A stretch of 64,000 bases of DNA from Eledone cirrhosa (GCA_964016885.1 OZ024741.1:365242001-365306000); one strand, 5' to 3'. Counted from the stretch's first letter, positions 41,360-55,689 are shown. The notes: generated by a model from the letters alone, not told the origin. Translations and numbers: made by a program.

Positions 41360-41646
41360 CCTTGTCTGGCCTTCTGGAGAATAGAGGGAAGGTGTTCCCT
41401 CAAAAACCAGTATGACTCTAAAAACCGGTTTGTCTGTGTGTTTACATACAGAATAGCTGGGTGCTCACAGTAAAGCAACCAGTGAAAAACTTGTTACATA
41501 TACATATGTATACGTGTGTGTATTCATATACACACTAGTATTTCAGTATGCATATGTAGATGTAATTTTTTTAACTTAATTGTTTAAGCGTCAGTCATAC
41601 AAAAGTGAGTTACAAACGAAACGAAATTTAATTTCGTTTCGTCATT

Positions 41647-41677
<31 letters not shown>

Positions 41678-41678
41678 C

Positions 41679-41735
<57 letters not shown>

Positions 41736-42520
41736 GAGAGAGAGAGTATACAGTGTTAGAAAGTAAGGCGACACAAACAAGATATGGATGATTTCCCTTC
41801 GTCAGTTGTCTACTACGGCTCACAGATGTTCCAGCGCATTATAAACAATATATCTATCCGTAGCACGTCCATAGACTTTTATCTATCAAAAAGCCATGAG
41901 GGAAAGAAGTGATAGCGAAGAGAGAGAAAGAAAAAACGAATAAAAAAAGAAACGAAAAGAAGAAAACATACCGATAGAAGGGGGAAACACAGGGCAATGG
42001 CGCATGTGTGTGTGTGTGCGTGTGTGTATGTGCGTGCGCGTGTGTATATGCGTGTGTGTGTGTGTGTGTGTGTATAGTTCGATTTTAATAATTGTTTGCA
42101 ATTTTTGTCTTTGCTTTCGTCTTGAAAGTCCTGGTCGAGTGCTTCATGGCGCACCTTTGTTTTGTTCATTTTGAAAAAATGTGTCACCGTGTTTTTCGAG
42201 GCAGTGGCTGCCTGATACCTTCACATCATGTTACATGACACTAAGATGGAGGATTACTATTGTAATGTTACTAACTTGCTCTAAAGAGGCTAATTTTCCT
42301 GAACGCCTGCTCCATATGGACTGTCACCAGCAGATAGAGCAGTAGAATCTACTTAATTAGTCCTGGAAGAAGGAATCTAATTTTGTACCCACATGAAATC
42401 GTCCTTCGCACTCTGTTTTCATTTGAATCGGTATCTTAAAGATACTAGTTTAATCAAAACATCGAATGAGTGGGAAGGCGATCGAAGATTTTTCAGTCGT
42501 ATCCGATGTCTTCGTTTCAG

Positions 42521-42573
<53 letters not shown>

Positions 42574-42579
42574 CATGTA

Positions 42580-42730
42580 TATATTTAGCTATTCCTCGCG
42601 CCAACTCGAGGTATATGATTTTTAAAGCGATGAAATACCAATGAAGGTTGGAAAATCACTGATGAAGGACTATTTTTTTCATATGTAACCCATATGCAGC
42701 CACGCAGCACTCAATTCTTCTCATGTTTTT
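42580..42730 (+). mobile_element. Family A fragment
   Basis: Reverse complement of 1449-1595. Confidence 0.75.
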
Positions 42731-43693
42731 ATATATATGTATATATATGTATATATATGTATATATACAAGCACACACACACACACACACTTATGCGTAC
42801 GCGCACGCGTATAGCTCTATATACAAAACGCGCTCCACCATCCACTTTTCTAAAAAAGTATATCATACACAAAACACCAACATCAAGACTTTTCCAAGAG
42901 ATGGCAACATGAATGGACCTGTTATTTTTCACTAAACATTTTTTTCAGATTCCGGCCTGCCCGTCCCCACCATTTTTCTAATTTCTCATTCTTACTTCTG
43001 TTGAAAGACTAGTGCCCAAAACGTTACGACACTCTTCCTGCTATTTCAAGCGATAAACTAACATATTCCTTACATATACTCTACCGTTTTCGTTGTTATT
43101 TCTGTTTACCTTTTACATATATATATATGGTTGCCTTTTCCTTCTCGTTACAGTATATTTATCATAACTTTTAAATCGAGAAATCCTGACATGATTCTAG
43201 CATACTGCCAACTACTGTAGTGTTGAATTACCGGAATAAATAAGTCGAACCCATTGCTCTTAAGTCCAGTATTCTTTGGTTTTTGCGAATACCATGCCAT
43301 CTTTTTTATATCGAATGTCATCATGGTTTGGTAGAGTTTAGCCCAAATACATGACAAATCTGATGTGAGAGAGTCCTACGTCAAACATATGTAGCTCTTA
43401 GAAGCAGTGCAGTTCTAGTTTAAATATTTTTGCATGAACGTATAGCGAAACAATAGGCAACATGGTTTTTGAAACAATTCAGTAATAATATTGGGGCTGT
43501 ACAGAAGAAGATGAGCAGGAGCCGCATGTGTCATATGTAATATTGCAAAGATGGCAACAGGTAAAACAAAACCACCGTTAAACACTGTAACCTCGGATCT
43601 ACAAGCTTTGCTATCGGTAGAGGTCAAAACTGTATACATACATTTCGACGGCTGTTACCTGTAGAGTAATGTTTCGCATGTTGCGAACTCTAC

Positions 43694-43749
<56 letters not shown>

Positions 43750-43888
43750 ATGTTTAACCCCGACGGCAGAGCTCAATCCGTTTCGACGGGAATTTCTGGA
43801 CTACTACCCTAAGTATTGAGTACTCTGGTGCGTTATGGTCCATCTGGTTCCTTACCACACTTCCTTCGTTATATATATATATACATAC

Positions 43889-43988
<100 letters not shown>

Positions 43989-44251
43989 GGAAAAAATGAA
44001 ACGAAATTTCATTTCGCACTCTTAGTACGGCTGTTACTTAAATATAAGTATGTACACGTACATACATATATGTATACAGACATACAGTAGTATGTATATA
44101 TATATATACATACACGGACACATATATATATGTACGTATGGATTCATCGAACATTTATTATAATGCTCGGTGTGTTTGTAAACAAACATCCCGTATTAAG
44201 CCGTAGTGTCCAGCAACCATCGTTGCTCGTTTGTTCAACACTGACAAAGGA

Positions 44252-44294
44252 ACGCTATACTAGTTTCAAGCTTATTGGCTATCGTCAGCAACGT
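44252..44294 (-). ncRNA. Type I hammerhead ribozyme
   Basis: Minus strand: acgttg CTGACGA tagccaataagctt GAAA ctag TA tagcgt. Confidence 0.75.
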
Positions 44295-44739
44295 ATACCT
44301 TCCTGCCAGATTGTTGAACATATATACTTACCTTATGCATATTAACGGCTGAGTAGCCCAATTTGCATATCGAGTGGGTTAATCGGCCGGGTGCACCGAA
44401 AACGGCTTAATACGGGATGTTTGTTTACAAACACACCGAGCATTATAATAAATGTTCGGTGAATCCATACGTACATATATATATATATGTGTGCCTGTAT
44501 GTATATATATATATATACATACTACTGTATGTCTGTATACATATATGTATGTATGTGTACATACTTATATTTAAGTAACAGCCGTACTAAGAGTGGGAAA
44601 TGAAATTTCGTTTCATTTTGTCCGTTTATCGTTTTCGGTGCACCCGGCCGATTAACCCACTCGATATGCAAATTGGGCTACTCAGCCGTTAATATGCATA
44701 AGGTAAGTATATACGTTCAAGAATCTGGCAGGAAGGTAT

Positions 44740-44782
44740 ACGTTGCTGACGATAGCTAATAAGCTTGAAACTAGTACAGCGT
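44740..44782 (+). ncRNA. Type I hammerhead ribozyme
   Basis: acgttg CTGACGA t-agct-aata-agct-t GAAA ctag TA cagcgt. Confidence 0.8.
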
Positions 44783-44985
44783 TCCTTTGTCAGTGTTGAA
44801 CAAACGAGCAACAATGGTTGCTGGACACTACGGCTTAATACGGGATGTTTGGTTACAAACACACCGCGCATTATAATAAATGTTCGGTGAATCCATACGT
44901 ACATATATATATGTGTACGTGTATGTATATATATATATACATACTACTGTATGTCTGTATACATATATGTGTGTACGTGTACATA

Positions 44986-45051
<66 letters not shown>

Positions 45052-45201
45052 GCATTTCAGGAAAAGAAATGGGAGTACGTGTCTGTGGCCGCCTGCCTCT
45101 GTGTGTATGTATGTATGTGTATGTGTATGTGTGTATATATGGATGTATGCAACAGAGTGTATTTGTATGCGTGTATGTGTCTATATGTGCGTACATGTAT
45201 G

Positions 45202-45254
<53 letters not shown>

Positions 45255-45611
45255 GTGTGCGTGTGTGCGTGTGTACGTTTATATACTTACGCGTGTGTAT
45301 GGACGTGTGTGTATGTATGTGCGCATGCATATATGTGTGTCTGTGTGGGTGTGCGAACGAGCAAACTTGAATTATGGCAGATACTTTTACACGCCTCTGC
45401 CCGCATAGTAGTAGTTTGTTCACCAAATGCGAGTGGTGGATAAGTCGCGCGTGAATGAATGCAGCCAGTGGTCCCATTGGTCTTGTCAATGGGACGAGGT
45501 GACGCCTCAAATTCTTAGCCAATGACTAGGCCGCTTAAACAGGATGTTGTCAAGGGATGGGGATGAAACAGACTGAATATTATCAGTATGAAGAAATGCC
45601 TTGTAAACGAT

Positions 45612-45750
45612 AAGCATATCTGAGAACCTTACGAGTGCAGAGACTGGTCGATCTATAATAGATCCTGCCTTGAGCTGATCGTCGGAGAAACATGTGTAAT
45701 ATGTTATAAATTGTGTTTTAATGCATCACTGATTCCTCGTTATCTATCTA
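45612..45750 (+). mobile_element. Family D pLTR with decayed hammerhead
   Basis: agcatat CTGAGAA ccttacga...tcgtcgga GAAA catgtg TA atatgtt. Confidence 0.65.
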
Positions 45751-45814
45751 TATGATATTTTCCTATTACCATCCCTACTACCCTAAGTATTGAGTACTCT
45801 GGTGCATATATATA

Positions 45815-46335
45815 TGGAAAAGAAATAAGATTTCGCTTCAAGCATAGCTTTATACAATATGTATAAAAATTTAGTATCTCCAAAGAAATACGGTTCTAGG
45901 AAGACGGGGGGCTAACGCCTTCTGGTGATGTCCAGCAGAAGTCAGGGGGACAACCGTCTATGCATTTCAGGCTTAGCGGGCCTTCGTCAGCATGATCGCT
46001 GCCACCGTTTGCGACTGCTGGACTAGAAGACAGCCGAAAATACATAGTTTTCTCGTCTGTGTAAATGAGGTGATTAATTTCATTTGCATATGAAGCTGCA
46101 TAAGTTGGCTCGACTTATAATAGAAAAGAAATAAGATTTCGCTTCAAGCATAGCTTTATATAATATGTATAGAAATTTCGTATTTCTAAAAAAAATACGG
46201 TTTTAGGAAGCCGTAGCTATGCAAACACCGGGGCGGGGGGCATCACCAGCAGGCGTTAGCCCCCCCCCCAGTTATTTGCATAGCTACAGCTTCCTAACAC
46301 CCTATTTCTTTGGAGATACGAAATTTGTATACATA
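45815..46335 (-). mobile_element. Retrozyme-like mini-element, ~306-325-nt monomer, with hammerhead at 45951-45998
   Basis: gaaaagaaataagatttcgcttcaagc at 45817 and 46123; inverted piece at ~46240-46335. Minus strand: CTGACGA aggc-ccgctaa-gcct GAAA tgca TA. Confidence 0.75.
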
Positions 46336-46340
46336 CATAC

Positions 46341-46372
<32 letters not shown>

Positions 46373-46377
46373 ACATA

Positions 46378-46886
46378 CTAGCCGAATTACCCGCGCCTTG
46401 CTACGTTTCATTCATTTTTTTGTAAGAAAATGATGATTGATTTTAAATCAGTGATACAATTTATGGAGAAAAACTCTGCATTTCAATATTACTCAATATA
46501 AAATGTAATGCATGAAAAATTGGAAAACATTATTTTTTGTAATATCAAAATTAATAATCAAAATTACATTATTAAATCTTATTCTTATTTTGTTTCTTGT
46601 AAATAGTTTTTTTCAAAATATCAATTCGAAATTTTGTGAATAGACATCATATCTTGTCATTTACCTATGGTTTAAATTCATATAAATCGAAGGGAAAACA
46701 TTTTCAGCGGGGGTTTTGTGCCCCCGGGGAACCCTTTGATTAAAATGAAATATACTTATCCACGTACCCTAGGAAATGTAGTTTCAGAATATATATCGTT
46801 ATGGGGGTCTATCTCCAAAACCAAAGGATTAGTTCGTGAACAAACAAACAAACAAACAGACAGAAATACAACTTTATACATATAGA
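46378..46886 (-). mobile_element. Non-autonomous Helitron
   Basis: actag with a GC-rich subterminal segment at the left end; (CAAA)n then actttatacatataga at the right end; same layout as 28948-29645. Confidence 0.7.
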
Positions 46887-47011
46887 TATATATAATGGCC
46901 GACTGAATACATACGTGTATCTTTATTTCTCTTCAATTTTTTTTTCTCGTTCACACCGTTCCTTCCTCTCATGTCTCTTTACTTTCTAATTATTTTCTAT
47001 TTCTAACTCTA

Positions 47012-47047
47012 TCTTCTGATGAAGGACGAGTGTCCGAAATGTTAAGA
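47012..47047 (+). ncRNA. Minimal type I hammerhead with an extra A before stem II
   Basis: tctt CTGATGA a ggac-gagt-gtcc GAAA tg TT aaga after a pyrimidine tract. Decayed relatives near 42998-43030 and 49352-49385. Confidence 0.7.
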
Positions 47048-47138
47048 CTATCTTCCAGCTATTTCAAGAGTTAAACAAATATATTTCTTCAATGTATTGT
47101 GCCCTTTTTTTTGTTATTTTTGTTATTACTTTTACAAG

Positions 47139-47188
<50 letters not shown>

Positions 47189-47273
47189 TACATATATACA
47201 TATATACATATATATATATATACATACATATATAAATATATATATATATATACATACACACATATATATAATC

Positions 47274-47312
<39 letters not shown>

Positions 47313-47315
47313 CAT

Positions 47316-47371
<56 letters not shown>

Positions 47372-48997
47372 TTATTCATTATACTGTGTTGTTTCCTTTG
47401 TTGTTTTCGTTTACTTCTTGCACAAACAAACGCACTACACTTCACACACATATACATGTATGAACAAAGTTAAGATTTATTCGATATATGCTCACCGTGT
47501 CTTCCGATCAATCATATTTTCTTAATCCAATATGTTATATTAAGTCAATATATTTGTAGTTTTCTAGATGTGTTTTGAGACACAAAACAGTAGGTGAGCA
47601 ATATATAAGTTTGTACCAACTTGCTACTCTCGTCTATATCATTATCCATAACGCTAAGCTACGTGACGTTAACGCACACGCATACAAAAAGGTAAACGAA
47701 AGATGTAAACTGAATTCTCTACTATGAATTTACATTTCGTTTTCCGGGCTCTGCTACACCTCGGGCTGATGAGGGTAAACTCCCCAAATATCAGTCGCTC
47801 TCCGACAGGTTTGCAGTCAAGACTCTAGCAGTAGAGACTTCTGGTGTCTTTGGCCCTAGGGCCACCTCCTGAGTTGGCTAGCCGCAGGTGTGAGCTTTGC
47901 GATCTGGAATAGCTCTTCTAGTGCATATCCTTCATTATTCTCCAGGGAAACGCTTTATCTATCTATTCTGTACCCTGGGACGATAGGGTGGCCAGCGCGT
48001 GGGACGTCATTTGCTCATAATACTTGTTTGTACTTTTGGCACAAGGCCAGCAATTACCTCAGTGCATTACTGGTACTTTATTTTATCTACTCGGCAAGGA
48101 TGAAAGGCAAAGTTAACATCGGTGGGATTTCAACCTACAACGTAAAGGGCCATAACACTATTCTACAAAGCATGGTGTCCAACGCTCTACTGATTCTGCA
48201 TAATAGTGATTTGACCTATTTGCCACAATTGATGACAGTCCCCTCATCAGTTCCATTTCTTCCTGATTTACCTGGATTCCCATCCTCACTTTTTGCATCA
48301 TACTCTTACACGTTCGACTGCATACATTTCACACATATATACACATACACATACACACATAACCACATACACACACACGCGTGAACACAAACCCCTACAT
48401 GCTGTGTGAAAGCCAAACTAACTTATAAAAAGTGCACATATATAATACACATGCACACACACAGACAGACGCATGTAGACATATACAAACATACACACAT
48501 ACTCTGACATAAATGTATAAAAATATACACCTATGATAAAATACACATATAATTGTTTCTACTTTTGGCACAAGGCCAGCAATTATCCCAGTGCATTACT
48601 GGTACTTTATTTTATTTATCGACCGGAGGAAAGGCAAAGTTAACTTCGGCGGGATTTGAACCCAGACCGTAAAGGGCCACAACTCTATGCTGCAAAGCAT
48701 GGCGTCCGACCCTCCACCAGATACACATATGATAGATACCAACATGTGCAATGATCACACATACACATGTTCACTGATTCACACAGAAGCAAACTGAGAC
48801 TGAAGCCTATAAAAAATATACAAACTGAAACGCACGCACACACACACGCAGAGGCCTGACGCATGCGTTCATGCACACACTGCTAGATCTATATAGCCAT
48901 GCATACAAACACTATATCTTGAACAGAGAGACGCACTCACATTACCCTCAACCGTACACATATTATAAGACCATTCATAGATCCATACTCACTGTTA

Positions 48998-49026
48998 CAC
49001 TACTACTACTGCTGCTGCTGCTGCGG

Positions 49027-49067
<41 letters not shown>

Positions 49068-49200
49068 GCTGTTGCTGTTGCTACTACTGCTGCTGCTACT
49101 ACTACTACTACTGCTACTACTACTACTGCTGCTACTTCTACTACAACCACTACTGCTGTTACTACTACCGCGACAACAACAACAACAACAACAACAACAG

Positions 49201-49245
<45 letters not shown>
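48998..49245. repeat. Compound trinucleotide microsatellite (CTA/CTG/CAA)
   Basis: Direct reading. Confidence 0.95.
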
Positions 49246-49246
<1 letters not shown>

Positions 49247-49938
49247 ATACAGGAAAGCATACATCTCTACACTCATGTCCACTTCAACCATCTTGTTAAG
49301 CTCTACTATTTTTCCATCCTCCTGTTTTACGTAACTTCACTCTCCTTTCTTTTCTGATGAAGAACTAACGTCAGATACGTTGCAAACATTTTATTTCCCT
49401 TTTGATAACAGCTTCACTCTAATAATTGTTTCTACTTTTGGCACAAGGCCAGCAATAACTCCAGTGCATTACTGGCGTTTTATTTTATCAACACAGTAAG
49501 GATGAAAGAAAAAGTTAACCTTGGTGGGATTTGATTTCAGAACGTAAAGGGCCGTAACTCTATGCTGCAAAGCATGGTGTCTGACGCTCTATTGATGCTG
49601 CCAATCCACTGCCCATCTAATAATGGGTTCTTATATTCTTATATAGGCACCAGGCCATCAATTTTCGGAGAGGGAAAAGTCGATTAAATCGACCTCCGTG
49701 CGTGACTGGTACTTTATTTCATCGACCCCGTAAAGAAGAAAGGCGAAGTTAACCTTGGCGGAATTTGAACTCAGAACGTAACGGGCCATAGCTCTATGCT
49801 GCAAAGTATGATGTCTGACGCTCTACTGATACTGCCAATCCACCACCCGTCAATCTAATAATACTTTTTAAACTTCTTCCTGTTTGTTTTCACTGTCTTT
49901 CATGTTTGACCTATGCACAAATCTATATTCCTATATAG

Positions 49939-50243
49939 CAGGCATGGGTAACCTTTTTCGAGAAGCGGGCCGCATAGGATATGGCTCATCATCAGGCGGG
50001 CCGCAAGCACTAATTTACATTCGTGTCCACAAAAAAAGGGCCGTAACTCAGGTTGTTTTTATTTGTTTTTCCAGAATTCGTACACGTTGTTTTCCTCGAT
50101 CGTAAAAATGATAGAAAGATAAATTACGACTGAAAAGTTGGGGTAAAATAATCTGAAAGATTTCACTTAGGTGACTTAGGCGAGCCATTCAGAAAGCTTC
50201 GCGGGCTGCATGCGGCCCGCAGACCGCAGGTTACCCATGACTG
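49939..50243. mobile_element. hAT (Charlie-like) MITE
   Basis: TIRs caggcatgggtaacct / aggttacccatgactg; internal gcgggccgca repeats; imperfect 8-bp TSD ctatatag/atatataa. Confidence 0.85.
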
Positions 50244-51024
50244 ATATATAACGTTAAACACAGAAAGAATAAGAAAAACAAAGTGAAATAGTAATTAATT
50301 CATTCATTATGATCATTTTAGAAAACGCAATTATGAATGTGTGGGTTAATCGATAATAGGAATGTAACTACATAGCATCTGACTCAATATTGAACATCTC
50401 TGTTGTCCTTATTCTGAAACAAACGAATCTTTTAAAAATTAATCAGAAAAGAAACCAGGTCATATTGAACGAAAACAATAGAGAAGAAATTAAGGGAGAT
50501 AAACATATATAAATATCAGAATACTTTCCCGGTTGATAAATAAAAATCAAATAAATACCATTGATTTGTCTACACATCGATATTTCGCTCTCCGAAATGA
50601 TCGTAATCAGCTGATGAATTATTATCTCCTATTATTTTTACTTCTATTCTTTCAATGTTTACCATTGATTTGATTCTGCAGTTTTGAATAATTAGTGACA
50701 TAGACAAGGATAACCTTTCACAAAAATGCAAGACACTCAACTTTTATTCCCATAAACACGATATCGACTTCTGAGATCATTATAAATCCTACGTGTGTGT
50801 GAGAATAAGTTTGTGTATTTGTATATGGATTTCGTTGAATAAGGGCTCACGGCATTAACTTTAATTTATTCTTCGTAAACAATAACTCCAAACTCACGGA
50901 AATGAATATGCAAAAAATATGTGACAGATTTCACAAGTTATATTTTTAGTAGTTTCCATAAATCAAATAAGGAACCTAAAATTATACTCACACACATATA
51001 TATACGTATATATATGTATACATA

Positions 51025-51134
<110 letters not shown>

Positions 51135-51144
51135 TACATACATA

Positions 51145-51182
<38 letters not shown>

Positions 51183-51204
51183 TATATATATTCATACATA
51201 CATA

Positions 51205-51271
<67 letters not shown>

Positions 51272-51559
51272 CAAATTTAAATAATTTGGAAAACCAAACA
51301 ATGCATTAGAAAGAAAATTAAATCGCTAAAATAACAAAAAAATCCTATCTCTTATCTCAGCAAATTTAATGATCGGAATTGACTTGTTAGTTTGGAGAGC
51401 AGATTTAAGTTAAATGAAATGAAAAGACATTCCCAACTTAAAAGACACAAAGCCAAGTCTACTGCAAATATTACTAAACTTCTCAATGTTGCTGTTTTTT
51501 TGTGGTGGTGGTGGTGGTGGTTCGTGGCGGGGGTGTCAGCCAAGTGACATGATCCATTG

Positions 51560-52325
51560 ACAAAGCTGTTCCAACCACGAGTGTTTACACTTTCTAGAGC
51601 CAACCTTCTTTGGTTGGCTTATGATGTAAAAGGGAGCTTGACGTTGCTGCTCCTCTTTGTACTTTGACTTTGCTGTGGGCTCATCTCGGATTAGGGTTGG
51701 CTGAATGTCGAAATTGTTCTTGAAAAAAATCTACATCCACACCATACAGTTCCCTCAGGTGTTTGGGGAGCTTATTTACAAAGCTGGATGATTTTTTAAC
51801 CCCAGGCTCTTCCAGTATCTGGTCCTTACTCTAGAGGTGAAAGTGGGGACGTTTGGCACTATTGAATTGCGTCCTGTTTGACAGTTGGTTCGGCTCTCTA
51901 TGCCTAAATTTGGTATATCACTATATCTTTTTCATCTTCGTTCCAATGATAGAGGTTTAGTTCTTTCAGCTTCTCCCAGTAGCCCATCTTCTTACTTTGA
52001 GTCATCTTTCATGGTCTAGCTTCGCGAAATTGCTTCAAATTCTGTGGTTAGTTTGACACCAGACGACCAGAGCTGGGAGCATAGTCCAGTCAGTTGCGTA
52101 CAACTCCAGAGGAGCAATATTGCTTTCCGATCTCTTGACCTGAATGTCGTCAGAATCCATCCAGCCAATCGTCTGTATTAATGCCGCCATTTTGGTGATG
52201 TATGCACGACACACTGTATTATTGCTCATGTTATTACCCAGGTCCCGTATTAATTTTGATTGATTTGATCCCAACATGATGTGAACGTGCGCTCTAATTG
52301 TGTATTGAATCGTATGTACCTGAAT
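51560..52325 (-). pseudogene. CR1/L2-group LINE 3' fragment
   Basis: IRDLGNNMS..AYITKM, LDY..LWS-like and MGYWEKLKELNLY remnants, heavily frameshifted. Confidence 0.7.
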
Positions 52326-53505
52326 ATTTCGTAAATGATCCAATATAGAGCCCTAGCCACGTATCAATCATGCTACGGCACATACATTACTACTTCTCAT
52401 TAATTAGATCCTACGAGCTTTTACTCTGCATGCAAATGAGCTTCGTCAGCTGATGTTCATAAACATAAATATTATAAGTTTTTAGCTTGTTTTCGTTTTA
52501 GCATCAAAGCGGAGTTAGCCCCCCCTACCCCTGAAGACGGATAAAAAAGCAGACACAGCACCGTTAGCGTCCTCTGCATTTGTTGCTATAGAGCTGTGGT
52601 GAAATTCCCCGCTTCTAAAAACATAGTGAGGCTTTAAAAATGTTTATTTACATGCACATTTCGTATATGATTCAGTATACAACCCCAGTCACGTATCAAT
52701 CACGCTGTCAGAGCAATACTACCTCTATTATATATATTTAATATAGAAATGGCTTCTATATATAAATAAACAAATATATATATACACAGCTTGCACTGCG
52801 GGACATTCATATTATTAGCTGTCGATTGGAAACCTCGCCGTTTTCAACACGCCTTGTTATATACGTATTTATTTATTTATATACGTTTTTTTAATTATTT
52901 GTATACACGCACACACACACACACATATTTATATGTGCGTGTATTTGTATACCTATGGCGAGTGTTTTCGCGTATGCTTGTGTATGTAGGTATTTGGTTA
53001 CGTGTATGTATTTATTTAATTTCAATTACCTCTGTATTTTCTTTACTTTATTCTTAACTCTGAAGCGGAGAATCATCCGGTTTCCTAGTTAGAATTTTAG
53101 TCTACGACTTCAGTTACACCATTTACACCATTTGCGTGCAATTGTTCTCCACGCTCCACATATGACGTATTATCTTCGTTTTTTCCGTTCATTGCCAGAG
53201 AACGTCTCTATGAACCACTTAAGAGAATATTGGTCTACGACTTCTTTTATACCATCAACGTGGTTCTGTCTTTGCGCGTAATTGTTTTTCACCGCTCCTA
53301 TTAATGACGTATTATATTCGTTTTTCCCCGTTCTTTGCCAGGGAACGTTTCCACGAACCAAAGTATCGTCTTCCTGTCTTCCTCCGGTTGCAACGTTTTT
53401 TGAAATATTCACTTCTGCGTTTACAGATTGACTTGGTCAATTTCAGAAGATCCCGTTAAGGGTGAAAGCAGCGATTCTTTGCTTAAACTTTAATCTGTTA
53501 TTTTA

Positions 53506-53565
<60 letters not shown>

Positions 53566-53571
<6 letters not shown>

Positions 53572-53960
53572 ATGATATTAATAAATGGAAACTATATTTA
53601 TAAAACCATATTTACTCTATTATATATAGTTAAAATGTACCACCCTTTTGGTACGCCCTCATCAGATAAAATACAAAGTTTGTTTTATAAATATAGACAT
53701 ATCCAGGAATGAGATGTTAACGGTTCAAGTTTACCTAGATAGTTGAAACTTGAACCGTTAAGATCTCATTCCTGGATATGTCAATATTTATAAAACAAAC
53801 TTTGTATTTTATCTAATGAGAGCGTACCAAAGTTTTGGTACCCTTGAAATATATATAATAGAATAAATATGGTTTTATAAATATAGTTTCCATTTATTAA
53901 TATCATTGATATTATACTCCAGAAAACTTGTCGAGTGCTTCGGATCTGTTATAGGTGTAT
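53566..53960 (+). mobile_element. Foldback pLTR (~167-bp arms) carrying hammerhead remnants plus tail
   Basis: 53566-53732 inverted against 53746-53912. Right arm: tttat CTAATGA [stem II] GAAA tatata TA ataga. Confidence 0.8.
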
Positions 53961-53996
53961 TTGTTGAATTACCAACAAATTAAATATCCCTTTGCT

Positions 53997-54025
<29 letters not shown>

Positions 54026-54028
<3 letters not shown>

Positions 54029-54335
54029 ATTCACAAGAAACAAAGCTATGCTCAAACCATTTATTCACTTACAATTGTTTCATCCAAACCTAGGCTTGGA
54101 GTCTTCGGAGCATTTTTCAATGTTTGACCTCCTTATACATATGTATCTGTATGTCTCTTGCGTTGGAAAGGAGGTCAATTATGTGTACAGACATTGAAAA
54201 ATGCTTCGAATATTCCAAGCCTAGGTTTGGATGAAACAATTGTAAGTGAATAAATGCTTTGAACATAGCTTTGATTCTTGTGAATTCTATATAACTGCTC
54301 TGTAGAACAACTGATGTTATTACACTGAGCTATTT
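54026..54335 (+). mobile_element. Foldback pLTR (~100-bp arms) with decayed hammerhead plus tail
   Basis: 54026-54126 inverted against 54188-54288. Left arm on minus: tgct CCGAAGA ctccaagcctaggtttggat GAAA caattg TA agtg AATAAA. Confidence 0.75.
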
Positions 54336-54451
54336 ATCTTACTGGTAATAAGGTAGTAATAAATTACTGACCTTCACTGTTTAGGGTTTAAAATATATAT
54401 AACTATAAAAAGTTTTAGTATATACATAACCATAAATAGTATCCTTAATAT

Positions 54452-54579
<128 letters not shown>

Positions 54580-55689
54580 TAGTATGTATTATATAATGTG
54601 CATGCATGTGCGTATATGCATGTGTGTTTGGGTATGCTTTATATTAATTCATATTTTTGTAATGGTGGCATAGTTATCATTGTTTCAAATCAAATATGTA
54701 TGACATTTAAGATCTCAACTCTTCTCTTGCTCTCCTTCTATATATGGTATATGGTTTTCTCTCTCTCATTGTCTTTCACACACTCTCACTCCATCTGACT
54801 TATTTATGACTGGCGTCGAACGTTTACAAAATGTCAAACTAAAAATATTCATGGTTATGCTAATAACTCATAATTTTAATTATAAGCCGGCGTAGGAAAT
54901 ATTCATAATACATGTATTATTATCAATTGTCACATATAAGTAACATTTACTATATCTATTATTTAATAATATTTTTATCCCATCTCCCTTTCAGCTAATA
55001 TTATCATGTCGATAGTGCTATATGATGCTGCTCTACCTTCGGGAGTTCCAACTGCAAGTTTGCCAACAAGAAAACAGCCTGTTTGTGAAATTAACGTGCA
55101 TCTGACTATACATTCCATAGACATGTGCCTTCGTAAATTTATTCTCGATGAGATTCAGTGGAACACAATCTGTATCTAGGCTGTCCCTTTAAAATACAAG
55201 CACAATTCAATTATGCCAACTGACTTGACAGGTGCAAAATGAAATATACATCTTGCTCAAAAACGTACGTTCCACTGGGATCGAACTTACGATCAAAAGC
55301 CGATACTAAGATTAACAGAAACAACAATAACATTAATAATAATGGTTTCTAATTCAGGCACAATTCCAGCAATATAGAGTAGTGAGTTGAATAAATCGAC
55401 CCCAAAGATTGGCTGGTACTCTGTTAGTGATTCCGCATGTGTGATAGGCAAATCTGACCTCGGTGGGCTTTGAACTCAAAATATGAAGGGCCATAACTAA
55501 GCGACGTAAAAGCTTTGTCCGACGCTCTCTAATGATTCTGCCAACCCACCATCCCGATGATAATTGTTTCTACTTTTGGCACAAGGCCAACAATTTGAAT
55601 GGGAAGGGAAAGTCTATTAAATCGCATCCCTTATACTTTTATTTTATCGAACCCGTAAGTATGAAAGGCAAAGTTGACCCTGGCGGAAA

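Larger units (their letters stand above)
40650..41653 (+). mobile_element. Retrozyme-like non-coding mini-element, 467-nt monomer (inverted piece plus ~1.5 direct copies)
   Basis: caaaaaccagtatgactc at 40934 and 41401; 40650-40930 is the reverse complement of ~41303-41583; (TA)n on both sides. Confidence 0.85.

Noticed and set aside
48871-49299. Poly-Leu/poly-Gln ORF
   Set aside because: Trinucleotide microsatellite.
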